A DNA stretch of 62,262 nucleotides, the filler included, from Choristocarpus tenellus KU-1152 (taxonomy: Eukaryota; Protista; Phaeophyceae), in assembly GCA_964200185.2 (NCBI GenBank). It is 13 parts of 13 records of this genome, joined end to end, with 100 filler letters (N's around TTAATTAATTAA, not from the genome) between each part and the next. Parts side by side here need not be neighbours in the genome. Positions count along the whole stretch, not along the records: positions 12,584 to 15,189 come from CAXNAD020026342.1; positions 15,290 to 19,395 come from CAXNAD020016175.1; positions 19,496 to 23,844 come from CAXNAD020014983.1; positions 23,945 to 28,083 come from CAXNAD020016022.1; 9 more parts are not named here. The stretch is one strand, 5' to 3'. A model generated the notes under the pieces. The model saw only the letters and a list, made by a program, of their open reading frames with translations. It did not search any database and was not told the DNA's origin. Position numbers and translations under genes: made by a program. Numbering within the stretch: the stretch's first letter is position 1; each line of letters starts with the position of its first letter. Positions 13,027-26,173 of this stretch are shown one piece after another.

Positions 13027-13781
13027 GCCTGATGCTCAAGAAGGAGGAGACAGTGCGTGGAATGGAAAAAACCCTTGTTGTCAACCACCTGGGACCATTC
13101 CTCCTCACCAACCTCCTCCTTCCCAACCTTCAGCGATCTTCTGTTGAATCACCAGTCAGTATAGGAACTAGGCCTCCTGCATCACGCATTGTAAATGTAG
13201 CGTCTAGGTTGGAAAAGAATGGTAGCATCATGGCGGCTGAGCGGGGTGTACAGCCTGGGCCTGAATGGTTTGCTCCTCCGTCAGTGACTGGAGATGGCCC
13301 ATACAACCTGTGGCACCAGTACTCCACCTCCAAACTTTGCAATATGCTCTTCACATTTGAATTGGATCGACGTCTAAACAGAGAGTGGACAGAACATAAT
13401 GCAGGGCAAGGGCAGAAGGGAAGCGAAGAGTTGGTTGGGGGGGAGGGTTTTTCAGGGGGGGGAGACTCCGTTGCAGGAAGGGTAATGGTGAACGCAATGA
13501 CACCGGGAGTGGTTAACTCTGATCTTGGCCGTTGGAACAACCCTTTTGTGATATGGGCAACCCGGCCAATCATGAGGCTTGTCATGAGGAGTCCCGCAAA
13601 GGGGGCAGAGACTGTCATTTACACAGCAACCTCACCAGAGTTAGAAGGTGCGAGTGGCAAGTTTTTCTATGACATGTCTGAGGCACCCTGTAGCGAAGGT
13701 GCCCAAGATAAGTCTTTGGCAAGGGAGTTGTGGAAGGCATCAAGTGTTGCATCAAAATTGGACGAGACTGAGGAGGTGTAG
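13027..13781 (+). CDS. Short-chain dehydrogenase/reductase (retinol dehydrogenase 12/13/14-like), terminal exon
   Basis: Acceptor AAG|GC at 13027 completes the (NNA)G motif. Contains VNHLGPFLLTNLLL, RIVNVAS, catalytic YSTSK (YxxxK), VNAMTPGVVNSDL, GAETVIYTA and LARELWKAS. Upstream exons are off-contig. Confidence 0.92.
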
Positions 13782-15289
13782 TGTTCTATGAGTATGATGT
13801 ACAGTGCACTGTTGGATACTTTATTCTTGTTGGAGGAATGGATTGTGTTTAAGTACTTTTGTGAGGATGGATATGGTTGTTCAAGGCAGGCTGGCATAGA
13901 AGAGGTCAGCTTAGATCAGTTGTTAACATACACGGTTTGTGACACATTGAACATGATGCGTTTATTTTACCTGTTCAATCCTCAAGTGTATGACGCTTGT
14001 GTAGGGTATTGTTCCTTGTGACTCAACGTCAGACGGAGCTTCACATGCATAGAGTTGGAGAGGCTTGGTATTTCATCATAATACAATGGCTTTGTATCTA
14101 CAACAGGTCCAACCACTCACAGTTGTACCTTAACATCAGCAGATTTTGCGCTGGCTCTATGCCCATTCCCTCAATCACTTGCAACTTGCTACTCTAACAT
14201 TTCTCTGCAGAAGGTGTTATTGCAACCTGGTTACTGAACTTCCATGCCATGTGCATATGCGTATCTCATTCAATCATATTGAGTACTGACACTCAAGATT
14301 TCGACCTAGAAACTGACCCCATCTCCCATGCGAGGACATCAAGACAATGCATGCTGTACCCATGGGAAAAAAATGACAACTCTTTGTCACATGGGCACGT
14401 AAGGAATTCTATTCATCCCATGAATAGTGTTTTGAAGTACAAGGGCTAGGTATTGCTACCTTCTTGCATTGTACGATACAATTATTATGCGATCCAGTGC
14501 TCTTGTTGGCTTTGGCAGATGTATCCGTTCTGACGTCAATCTTAACACTTGACTACTGCTGGGGATGGGACTTTACTTCATGACCAATGCGGCAAGAAGT
14601 ATATATTTCTCTGGAGAATATATGGTCATGCCCCATGATCACGGCACTGCTGAATTCGGGAACCGTGTTGGGGGTATGCTTGACATACGACAAGGGGTAA
14701 CGGAAGCTGCTTTTCCACACCCGAGAAGGCAATAACATCAAAGAGTGGCGAAGGTGTCCACCAAACCAAACTCAATTTTGCCTCAACCGTTTGAGTGCCC
14801 TGTGGGTGGCGAGTGCTGCATTAGTTGACTGACCTCACCTCAAACCTCAGCCAAGAAAGACCAAGCAAGAAGCTGTAAACGCTTGTGTTGTCTGAGGTAA
14901 GCCATCACACCTTCTGCATTCAGGGATAAGAAACAAATAATACAGATGTGAACATGCTTGTACCTGGTCTAGAAAATATAATACTCCATAAACCAAGATG
15001 TGTATACACAAAGTAAGAGCTGGGTTCATGTTGAGTCCTTAAGGTGCCTTTATCTCCAGACTCTGGTTCATCGCACAATTATGACGATTGATATTCTGTT
15101 GCAGAGAGGAAGACAAGCTCTTGTACAGGAAACAGGAAACAACGTCGTGTGTGCGTACAGGGCCAACGTATCTGGGGGGGGGAGGGTGGNNNNNNNNNNN
15201 NNNNNNNNNNNNNNNNNNNNNNNNNNNNNNNNNTTAATTAATTAANNNNNNNNNNNNNNNNNNNNNNNNNNNNNNNNNNNNNNNNNNNN

Positions 15290-17600
15290 ATGGCTAGTGA
15301 GGGAGGCGTTTGTGACTCCGTGGCTGGCAGTCAGAGCTTGATCAGCGATGATGAAGGGTCTTGGCTGAAGGGGATCAATGCTGGGCTTGGAAGTCCTGGT
15401 GCGTTCTTAGGTGGGGGTCAGGTCAGCATATTGGCCCCAGAGCTTTCTGGTAAAGCTCTGGGGCCAATGGGGGTATTTGGGCACGTATCAGCACCCACCA
15501 CCGACAGGTGTTGGGGGGAAGGGGCAGCAAAACTCGACAACAGAGTGGAAGACCTAGAGATGTTCTCGTCCTTGAATGTCGTTCCCGGGGAGTCTGAGGA
15601 CTCTCTTTTCAGGTCTTTATTCTCCCTGGGGAGTCCTGTACAACACGAGGGAAGGAAGTAGTTGGGTATGTGTCTGCCTAGTCTCCATGCTAAAAGATGC
15701 TGAAAGACACGGGTGCGGTGAGATGAGGTGTATATGTGATGAGTGGTTCATTACATGTGGTAGATAGAGCAAATTATTCCCTGTTGTGTACCCAATAGGG
15801 GTTTGGAAGGGGGAAAGGGGGGGATAACCCTCTCAGGTGCTTGCCCAGGAACTTGATGGTGAATCCATATAGAAGGTTCCTGTGGGAAAAACTATCGGGT
15901 GAAAGGGGGGTGAGACTTTTTCTTATGTTTTACGTAAGTGTGAGTGGTTGCGACCCCAGGATCTGAGAGGGTGGTATGACTTTTAGTCCTTTTTGTTGTG
16001 TATTGAGTTGGTTTTTGATGATGAGGTGCATTTTCACGTTGCTGTTTATTGAACAGTGAATCGGAGCCCCTCTCCTTCCTCTTCCCTGCACCTTCCCTAG
16101 AGAGAGGGTGGGAAAGGGGAAAGGGGTGCCATGTACACATAGGTGGGCAGAAAGTTGTTTTTTTGGACTACATGCTGTTTGTCGCAGGGTTTTATGGTAC
16201 ATCTTGTTTGTTGCAGCAAGGGTAACATCAATGCCTGTTGGGGGTGGGGGATGGCGCCAGCATTACATTTAGCTGCCTATAATAAGGCCATTACCCGCCT
16301 TCCCTGAATTGGACTAGGAGGTTGATATTCCACCAGAATTTTCCTTGTAAATGGTGGTTAAGGATAAGGAAGGAGCTCACAGGGAGACAGCAGTAACTAG
16401 ATTTAGCGTTGGTGCTGTGAAGGTGGAATTCAGGTATCACATTTGGCTGAGGAGATTACATTAACTGATGGAACCAGTAGCGTAGAGAGGATTACGCTCT
16501 TCTTGCCCTCCCTCCTCCCTGTTCTTGGGCTGTTCATGAGGTTCGGCTTGGCAATGCAGGATGGCATTTAACTGGCTAGAACTTGTTTTGTGTGCATGGA
16601 AATTTTGCCTACTGAGGTCAGATGTGCACAAGAATACTGGAAGTGGTTGTTGTGTTCCTTGGCCACTACTGCAAAGACTATTTAATCTAGAAGGTGTCTG
16701 GGGGTGAGGGGGGGGGGATATCTGCATGTATATTCATTTATGTGACAGGGGGATAGTGTCCAAGTTGATGAGCTAGCATGATTACTCTATTGGTTGAGCT
16801 TAAGCCCCCCAACAATCCCTTCAGAATTTTTCTACCAATGATTGTTGCAAGAATGCTGACTGTATCCCTGTGCCTTGAATGTGTGTGTGTGTGTGTCATC
16901 TGCAATGTGCAGTGTCGCCGTTTCTTTTTTGCTCCCTGTTTAAGGACAATGGGTCAATCACATCATATGTGGATGACTTTAGTAGACATTTTATGTAAAG
17001 TGTAAAGTGTGTAATAGGACCCTGCCTGGATTTCTTTGACAGTATTCACGGCGTTTTTGTGTTGATTGATTCTCAACAACCGAAGTTGAATTTGAGAGGG
17101 GGACAGACACTAAAAAGTGGGAACCTTCTGTGTGTCCTCTATGAACGAATATCCTATCTCTGCCATGTCTGCAATTAAGGAAAGCGTTTGGCATACATGG
17201 GGGGGGGGGTCCAGGATCGAGTCTTAAATTTATTGACTTGGTATAGTTGGTGGATTCATGTTTGGAGAACGAATTTGAGGGAGGAGGAGGGATCCGATGT
17301 GAGTGGTGATGTGTAGTGATGCAGTGACATAGGGCGGAGGAGGGAAGGCAGCCGCCGTGGGCCAATGTTCCTGCGTGTGTGGCCTTTCTCATTGTGTACT
17401 GTAAAATGTTGTCTATTATGCCCACTAGTCTGGGTGACATGATGTTGCTTAGCTTGCACTATGATTTGGCCCTCCTCTGTGCTGAAGCAGGCTTGAGTTT
17501 GACATGGGGAACGGGTGGGAGGGAATTGCCAATTTCCGCCGGTCAAGTTTGTTGAACTTGTGTGTCACAGGAAGTTCTGTGCAGCTAGTTGGAAGGGAGG
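15290..17600 (-). mobile_element. Probable decayed non-LTR (LINE) retrotransposon
   Basis: Minus-strand LRPMSL (RPISL-like RT motif, about 17330) followed by frameshifted coding-like fragments; no intact ORF. Confidence 0.3.
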
Positions 17601-18349
17601 TGGCATACCTGCCTGAAGGTCTTATTTGAGTGTGTGTGTGTGCGCGCGCGCGCGTGTGTCACATCGGTTATTCTTGTACAAATATTAAAGGTTAGGACTT
17701 TTTAATCTCAAGGAAGTATTACTGTAGGTGTCACCATCTGGACTACCTCCGATCTTGGGTTCTTTTCTTGTTTGTTTCAAGAGGCGACTCAGTCCAACAG
17801 AGGAAGGTAGGAACAACGCTAGGATTAATCATCTTGGCTCAGACGTTACTAAGAATTGCCCGTACCTAACCTTGAGGATATTTGCACCCCCTCCGTTCAC
17901 CTTCCAAAAGGTAGACAACTTCGAAGAGAGTCTCTACCTCCACACACACCACCCCCGAGCTTGCTGAAGATTATTCGATCAGATTGATACTACTATGGTG
18001 TTAGTACACCATCGTCTGAGAGTAGAAGGGTCATTAGACTAGCTGTTCTGGATAGTTTCCCAAAGAAGAGCAAACAGAAGCAGGGGGTCCATAGAATCAG
18101 GAGGATGTTTACATTGCAGTTGAAGTGTCATGAATTGTACTGGTGTATGTAATGCTATTGTCATCACATATACATTTTTTATTTACCCTTCACTTTTCTG
18201 GTATTTTTCACAATTTAGGGTCGAAGTTCAGGTTATTATGTTAGGGGTAGTTTGTATGGGTTAGACAATAGGGGGGCGGGCGGTCTAGTTACCATGGGAA
18301 GCACATCTCTACCCTAACATGATTGCTGAGACAACTCTGGCTCTGAGTT

Positions 18350-19200
18350 CGCCAAAATTGTTGCAAAGCTGCGAATAACTGTTAAGGTTTGTGGAATTTC
18401 CCAGTAAGGGCGAATGGGGAGATTTTAGCGATTTAAGTACAATTGTTATGATTTGAATATATTGGGGTAAATCGGAATCCACATCTAACTGGCCGATCAT
18501 TCCCTTTTTTTGTATCGACCACACAGCTGTGCTCGCTAAACCTTTACACGAGATCGTGAGTAATAAGTCCGCCCAGGTACTGTGAGGACAGTGGAAGCAA
18601 ATCGTTCATGAGTATGACCACACCCATCTTCCAGATATCAAATAGCAATGCCCTCCTTCCAAACACGTGATGATGACGGCAAGGAAGGTGAAGGGAGGGA
18701 AGTTAAAAACAACCAAGAAGAGAGGCTGTCGTGATCCAGGTTGAGCTTAGACTGAGCAACAGAAGGTGAAGCATTTGAAGGTGGATGTGGGCATCAAGGA
18801 AGCCTGCCCGGTCAATGGTTCACACTTCGGTGTATTGGAATGTATACGACAGGTACAATGTACCTGTTTTATAGCTGATCCGCTGTCTGGAAAACAGGAA
18901 CTTTTCTGAAGCTGTGGTCAATTTTGGTAATTCAAAGTCGACTGATCCAATATGTTGCCTCTGGAACTCCAAGGCCGGGCATAGGGGAGCCTTTTGTGAG
19001 TTTGAGGAGGGCAGGAAGGACCAAGGGTTAGTCAGAGGCAGGCAGCTATTTTCAAGGGTTAAGACATCACAACAAAATAGTGTTTTGCGTATTGAAGTGG
19101 GAAAAGAGGACGCCCATAAATAAGAGTACCTTGAAGAAAAATGCCTCCAGCGCATCCTTCAGCACCAGCCGGAGACTTTATTGCCTCATTCGTTTCATAC
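18350..19200 (+). mobile_element. Decayed Ty3/Gypsy pol fragment (RT end/RNase H)
   Basis: AVLAKPLHEIV (18526-18558, like IAxPLxxL) followed by FIADPLSG (18868-18891, like ADxLSR); stops and frameshifts. Confidence 0.45.
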
Positions 19201-19879
19201 ACATATTCATTTGATCATTTAGGCCAAAAATAGGAATCAATCATAAATCCTGTTAACTCATAACAGCACTACCAAACGTGGCCACACTGCACGCTCTTGT
19301 GGTGGTACACAAAACTCGCAGGCCATAATATACCCGTTTCAACTTGACAAGTGGCCAAAAGTATCTGGGGGGGGGGGGGGGGGGCGGACGCGCGGNNNNN
19401 NNNNNNNNNNNNNNNNNNNNNNNNNNNNNNNNNNNNNNNTTAATTAATTAANNNNNNNNNNNNNNNNNNNNNNNNNNNNNNNNNNNNNNNNNNNNTTTAA
19501 CGAGGAAGCTATTTTTTATCAGGTGGTGATGCAGGGAAGGGGGAGGGGGAAGGAAGAATTATGGCACAAGGCTGCTGGAGGATGGGGGCGGGTGGGAATG
19601 GAGAAGACCTGCACTACACCTCATGACAATTGAAATCTGGCACTTCTGAGGGCATGGGTTGGGTCAGTGTTGTTGAAAGGTGCATCCAAATGGTGTTTCC
19701 TATTGAATTTTTTTTAAGGGGGTTTAAAATAAGTAGAGACGGGAAGGGACAATCCTTCCTCATCACCCACACATACTGATTTTCGCATGCCCAATGACAC
19801 CTACAAGTGTTTCGATAGTACAGGATGGCACGCACTTTTTCGGTTGGACTAGGTATTAATCCTCCCGGGCTCAACTCAC

Positions 19880-20493
19880 CGGCCTAGGAAGAACCTGGTT
19901 AACGCACCAAACGGTGCCATAAGTCCCGATAGCCAATAGACGCGCCTTTGTTCGCTCTGTGGTCCATCCAGAATTACTAGTAGAGTCAAAATCGCGAACA
20001 ATAAGATGGTTGCCCCAGTGGTCACTTCCAGCTTGGGGTAACGCACTCGGATCACTTGAGTTTCCCCAACTTTTCTATCGGCTGCCAACATAGTATCTCC
20101 TCCGGCAATATAGGAGGACGTGAAAAAGACGACTGACACAAGGATGGACCCTATGGCAACGGCCACGTTGCTCATTCCCGTAAAAGGGACCTCTTCCACA
20201 GCTACATGTGACATTTCTAAGTTCCACCCAGAGTAGGTGGTATAGGAACCACAAAATCCTGTCGTAAGCCCTGTATAAATGCCTGGGAGGGTGTCCTCAT
20301 CAAGACCGCTAGTTGTGAGTGCTCCAAGGATGAAGCTGCCCATTGCATTGCTGACGAAAGACTTCACGAACGGAGGTCCATACACCTCAAGTTTAACAAT
20401 AGAATTGAATAGCTCGTCTGTAAATATTCGGGCAAAGCATCCCAGACTGGCTAAACCTGCTATGTACAGGCACTTCCGAGAAACCCCAACCAT
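19880..20493 (-). CDS. FEX: Fluoride export protein (FEX; tandem CrcB/Fluc domains), 5' exon
   Basis: LGCFAR, SNAMGSFILG and GLTTGFCGSYTTYSGW (Fluc GFxGxxTTFS signature), then the start of the second domain MAPFGALTRF. Donor CG|GTGAGT after 19880; in-frame stop upstream of the ATG at 20493. Confidence 0.9.
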
Positions 20494-20619
20494 TCTCAGT
20501 CTTGTTCTTAGCAGATGTACATTCTTATTAAACTTCTTGACAGGATTCCTGTGTTCCCAGCTGATGAGGCAATCTTCGAATAGTGGTCAACCCTTACAGG
20601 TGAAGTAGAGAGAAGCTGA

Positions 20620-23500
20620 TGTCCAACGCGAGACTGTGGAACATTCCCGAGTCACCATCACTTATCCTCACTACTTCTCTGAATCTATATTGTACCAATT
20701 TTAAAAAGCGTAACACATCAACATAGAAGTTATCGCGCGCCTGGACGCGGGAACTACATCAGTTTTCTTTCTTAACCTATTCCATTATGATTCCCCACTT
20801 CCTCATCTTTGTCCTCTCTGCCCGAACTCCTGATGATTCTCTCCAGGAGGTTTAAAACGTTGAGTAGACAACAACCATGGCACAACAGGGTGATGGCAGC
20901 TTATAAGTGGGTTACTGATGAAAGACGCATAGTCACGGCGGCAGCTGTTAATCCGGACAGGTCTGAAGAGGTGTGCAACTACTGTGCATCACGTATCTAC
21001 ATCTGTTAGTTGCTAGCCTTCCCTTGGCGTGTGCTTGTAGTCTTTCCAAGGCTAATCAACGAGTCTGTATTGCACAATCAAGTTTTGTGGAGGACGGCAC
21101 CTCGTGTTGATTGGGATGTGTCCCCACTCGCCTCTTCCCGCAGATTGCTGTGGGGGACTGCCTGGATCGCGTACTGGGTCCAACATCGACTGCGGCATGT
21201 GATGTGGCGTTTTTGTTTTACCAAGGTCATGATCCGTCACTTGTACAGAAGGCCGTCAACAGCTTTGCACAGAGGTAGGTATATGTCGCACCACACCGCT
21301 TGTCATGTTGTGTCGATGATGAGTGACGTTTTCTATCTAGTCACAGCAGTTAGAGACAAGTTTCTTGCTTCGGTTCAAATAAATTATGTCAACGCAGAGA
21401 TCTTGTGAATCACGTAGGTATGATGTTTTCAATGCTGCATGACATAAGGATTTTGTCAAGTACCATTCCCGCAGTTCCAGAAGTGGTTCTAGCAATGTCA
21501 TTAATCACACAAAGAGTGGAGCACTTGAGCACGAATACCCGCAATCTTATGTTCGCCTCCCCCAAACAACATTGTTCTCCCCATGCTGTCCTCTATCCCT
21601 TTCATCTTCTGGCAGGTGCCCACAGGCCCCGCCAGTGATCGGCTGCAGCTTGGGCAAGAGTGTCGATGTGTCCCGAAAGTGGCGACAAGCCCAGTTGCAA
21701 TTGCAAAAGGTGCAGCACGGAGAGGAGAATAAATCTAGTCCTATCAATATCTCGGAGCACAGGTGCATCTATTACTTCATTGGTGCTGGAAAGTACCCTT
21801 CTCATTTGGTCGTTGACGACACCTCCACAGGAAGGTTACTCATCTCTAATAATTCCATCTGTTTCTGTGAAAGTATCGAGTGGTGCAGGTGCTTTCTTCC
21901 AGGGATTGGTACATTATCAAAAGATTATTGTAAACAGCTTGAAGGGAAAAACTACACCGTTTCTGCAAACCTGTTGGTGTTGTGTTGGGGCCTACACCCT
22001 CATTGGCACCATGTTTGCATTTCACTTTATGTCATCGACGAAGGAGTGGACACACACCTCAAACCTAATCAAACGTTAGACACATTAAGAGTGAATAGCT
22101 GCACCACCGGGGCACAGTTGCAAATTTCCGTGACCTCCCCCCCCCTCGTAACCTTCTCCTGTCAATCCAATGCATAACAGATCTTCTGATCAAGCCATTC
22201 CTGAATTGGTTCATTCCGTAATCCCTAATTCGCGCCCGTGTCATTTTCTTACTGATTCTTCCCATCTTCCAACTCCCTGACTGGGGATGGATGCTGACAG
22301 CAGCCCACATAACATCGTCACTGTCTTGGGCATGGGCTTTGAGGGACAGGCTGAAGTTCTCCCTTTCTCCTGCTCCAACACTTCCTTCCCCGACATCGGC
22401 GGTCCTGAGATTTTGCGGAGGGTGCTTCTACTTCCCGAGGAAAAACACCCACATCTTCTACTACTTAGCAGTCAGGTGTTTGGGGAACACCTAGATCCTT
22501 TCCTACAGAGAATTGGATGTATCTTTCCAGCGGGGAGTCGGTGAGGGCAGGGGGAGAGTCGGGCTGGGCGGTGGGGAGAGCTACAGAGGATGAGTTGGAA
22601 AAGAATGTTAAATGGGATCTTTGAAGAGCTTTCTTACCACCACCTTCATGTCAGCAGAAGCAACCCACCCTAACTTCTTGTGGGTTGGATTTTTGCTATG
22701 GTAGAGTTGTGAGCGTAACTTCAACACACTTTGATCTATATGTTGTCACGTTATAATTTATATTGGGAGCAAGGGGTTTCAATGTGGGAGTCCTTGCGTT
22801 ATCGCAACTGCAGAGATATGATTGGGAGGTTTTTGACAAACCAAGTTTCACTGTATCCGATTAATGTCTGCAATTTGGACCCCCCGTTGCTGTTACAGTC
22901 CAAGTTCGCAACCCCTGCTGCGGAGACCGCTGCGGACGAGCTGCCTGTTCTTTGTTTTTGTTTTTAAGCATTTGGAATCTTGCACACTATTGCCAACAAA
23001 TGGCCAAATCCTAGGAAATCTCATACCTGATGTTGACGTACTATTGCCTATCCCCCTCCCCCCCCCCATCCCACTTTGCCGACAGCTTGGTAGGGGTGGC
23101 AGGAAGCGGGCCTTTTCCTGTTGGTTCAGTGGTGTCGAGCTTTGCTCCAGTGGAAGATTCAGCTGTGGGGATAGTCCTCGTGGTCAGTCCGATTGGAAAC
23201 AGTTTGCTGGGGAAGGGGGGGCTAGAAGGGGCAAGGGCAAGAGTGGAGGGAAGGAGGGCGAGACGGGGTTGATTGTATTGCCACTCCTCAGTGGAGATGT
23301 TATAACATCATTGTCGCTTGTCTCCTGTAACGGATCGATGTTGCTCACCTTGCTTGTATCATCTAATGATGGGGTCGATGTCTTAGTGTGCTCTGTGCGT
23401 ATGTATAGATGGACGATCGCTGGAAAGCCGAGATCAGTTTGGTGGCATGGGAGCATTTGTGTTGAACGTGAACTGCATATGCTCGATTAGGATTGGTGCA
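20620..23500 (-). mobile_element. Decayed Ty3/Gypsy LTR retrotransposon internal region
   Basis: RT catalytic-like SFVDDI (FVDDI at 22028-22042), LGL..HFRD connection motif (about 21680), RNase H VTDH (21240); many stops and frameshifts. LTRs not identified, so boundaries are approximate. Confidence 0.6.
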
Positions 23501-24686
23501 CCTCAGGGCTCTGTTAAATCGGGTGGAGCCTATCTATTGTACTTGGTAATGACTCTGAAGGATGTTGGCGATGTGTACGGACAGCCTCTTTTTTTTTTTT
23601 AGTTCCACATTTTTCACTGTGCAAGTGGTACGATAACACACCACTTCAACACACCCACCCACCAGTCCACAAAGATAAGCATTTTACCCCCTCATCTCCT
23701 GAATCCATCGTGGTCCCTTCATTAACCCTGACAACCTCATCAATTTCCTAACCAAAAACCATTTTCCACACCCTAGCCCAACCCACCCCCTCCTTTGCCC
23801 TACTTCTTGTTGCTGCATCTCATTGCCTCCTAACTTGCCCCCCCNNNNNNNNNNNNNNNNNNNNNNNNNNNNNNNNNNNNNNNNNNNNTTAATTAATTAA
23901 NNNNNNNNNNNNNNNNNNNNNNNNNNNNNNNNNNNNNNNNNNNNGGTATTGTGTTTGTTTTGGCGTATAGGGTGGGTTGTGGTTTGTAGTGGCATTGCTG
24001 GGGGGGGGGGGGGGTACTGTTGATGTGTTTGTTTGGTGGGTTGTTTTATCTCTGAAATAATCTGCAGCTGCATGGTAATACCGTTAGTGTCGAACATAGC
24101 ATCATGGTAGACAACAGGGTGGGGGGTAGTGGTGTGGTGAAGAAGTCATCGTTCTTATGGTGATGAGGGGATGTGCTAGTAATGGTTATTTGACATTGAT
24201 CACGGAGTGGGGGATGGGATGTAGGAATCTAGAGAATGGAGGCTGATATCGTATTTACTTTCAGAATATATATAACCTGAGGCTCTTGATACTTTGCCGT
24301 GTATTTCTTTCCATAGTTAGTACGATCTATTGGTACTCCCTGGTGACTCTCCAACTCTGGCCTGGAAGGTATGTAGTACAGTAGAACACTTCGACAAGGT
24401 AAGAAGTGCCTGCGGAGTTGCTATTCGTCTCGTTCGACTCCTTTTTCTGTCAGTTTTGCTCTCTAGGCGACCTCGTAGTCTTGCTTGTTGATACTTTGGT
24501 TGCGGCTGTAGGGCAACAGCCTCTTCTCGAGAGGACGTGCGCAACATGACCTGCTGATGTATAACCCGGTGTGCTACTCTGTCAACGTGTGTTATGCGAT
24601 AGAATGTTTCTCGCTTATGTTCATTCGATGCAGTAAAGGTTTTTTTTTAGTGCTGGTTTGCCAGCGGCAATTGCCTGATAGACGTG

Positions 24687-24771
24687 GCTGGGTTGATGAT
24701 AAGAGAATGTTCGTTGACCATGCCCCAGTGCATGCTGATGCCATACGACAGACTACAATTCCCTGACCAGC
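24687..24771 (+). ncRNA. Box C/D snoRNA, copy 1 (predicted LSU rRNA 2'-O-methylation guide)
   Basis: Terminal stem GCTGG/CCAGC, C box TGATGA, D'-like TTGA, C'-like TGATGC, guide AGACTACAATTC + C, D box CTGA. Confidence 0.85.
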
Positions 24772-25218
24772 AACGGATCATCTCCTCTCAAGTGAGGCAT
24801 AGGCGCCCCCCCGTTCCTGCTGTGGAAGTGAATTCGTGCCTCCTCCATTTCGATACTGGTAGTTGTAACAGCGATGGTGATACTGGCTGGCTTATTGACG
24901 GTATTCTTGTTGTCATTAACCCAGCACGTGCTAGTGGAAACTGAATATTTTTTTGCAATTCTCTCTGACCAGTTGAATGTAGACTGCCCTTCCCGGGTTT
25001 GGTTGTATCTAGAAGTAGGTGCATGTCGTGGATGTTGACTGGACAGTTACATGGATAGATACGAGTATCTCTGTCTGTCGAGTTAACCCAGTAGTGCAAT
25101 TCGATGCGTACAAAGGATGAGCGGTTTTGTGATCACCAGAGGCTGTAGTGTTGCGGGTCTCGCCTGGGGTATTGGCATTCGGTTTGTTGAAGTAATGGCG
25201 GTTAGGGTTAGGGTTAGG

Positions 25219-25300
25219 GCTAGGATTGAGGTAGTGAATATCTCCTTTGTTTTTGATGCGTACGTGTTGATGCTCTCCGAAGACTCCTTGTTGCATTGGT
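25219..25300 (+). pseudogene. Decayed copy of the same snoRNA
   Basis: TGATGCTCTCCGAAGACT (25268-85) matches the consensus TGATGCTCACGAAAAGACT; C box, guide and D box are eroded; sits at the array period. Confidence 0.45.
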
Positions 25301-25576
25301 AAATTTACAAGGCAGTTTGTTAAGACTCCCATGTGTGTGATAACTCTGCTCTGATCTTTTTTGAGAACGTTTGATATGGTGTTGACAGTTACTGGGTTAA
25401 TTACAAGTACTTTGGCAACCGCATTCTAGAACTAGTAGTGCTCATCGGTTCATCCTAGTGAGGGTTTGCGATTCTATGACTAGGAGAAGGGTTCATTTCT
25501 AGTTAGGGCTTTCTGTTCTTTCGGTGTTAGGACCCTGTTCGACTGTTTTGAGTGTGTTTTATGGCACTCTTTGTTG

Positions 25577-25694
25577 ATCTGGTGTTGGTAGTTGGGGGCA
25601 CTAGTATTCTGTCACTATTCATGGTGCTTGTGGTGGGAGCACTGACTTGCTTGCCAGCGATCCCGAAAGATGTTCTTGAGCTTCCTGACCAGAT
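25577..25694 (+). pseudogene. Divergent or decayed C/D snoRNA copy
   Basis: Stem ATCTGG/CCAGAT, eroded C box TGTTGG, and CGAAAGA...TTCCTGACCAG matching the family 3' end; guide changed. Confidence 0.4.
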
Positions 25695-26084
25695 GAATTT
25701 CATCGCCTGTCCCAGGTGGTTGAACTTTGCGATAGATATCATGTGAAGATGTTGCCTGCCCTCGCGCTGGGCAGGCATGGGCATATGCTGGAGGGCTATG
25801 AGCACTACCAGTGTCTTGATAGTGTTTAAGCTCTTGGGACATTCTGGTATACCTCATTCGAAAATGGTTTCACAGTGTTCCGTATAACCGGTTCAATGTA
25901 CCTGTGGACGTTGTGGGCAGGTGAGGCTAAGGGTTGAGAGCAGGCAGTCAAAGCGCATTGCTAGCAGCCACAACACACACGCGCGCCTTTGGTGAATATC
26001 TAGTTGCTACTGGGCATTACCTTTTCGATGTGGGGTGCTGGTTGGCCCGACTTCAGTGTGCTTGCTTGACTTGGACAGGGGCTC

Positions 26085-26173
26085 TGCTGGGGTGATGATA
26101 AAAAAAACATTCGTTGACAAACGCCTCCGTGCATGATGATGCTCACGAAAAGACTACAATTCCCTGACCAGCA
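26085..26173 (+). ncRNA. Box C/D snoRNA, copy 2
   Basis: TGCTGG-G-GTGATGA...TTGA...TGATGC...AGACTACAATTCC-CTGA-CCAGCA. Confidence 0.88.

Noticed and set aside
21572-23490. Plus-strand ORFs of about 200 aa (21572-22177, 22864-23490)
   Set aside because: Most likely antisense shadows of the decayed retrotransposon; no recognisable domains.
26105-26115. U14 snoRNA (ACATTCG resembles U14 domain A)
   Set aside because: The match is only 7 nt, is not conserved among copies, and no U14 domain B is present.
26154-26164. ACTACAATTCCC as a ZNF143/Staf-associated promoter motif
   Set aside because: That motif is known from vertebrates; here it is always embedded between C'/D boxes and a terminal stem, which a snoRNA explains better.
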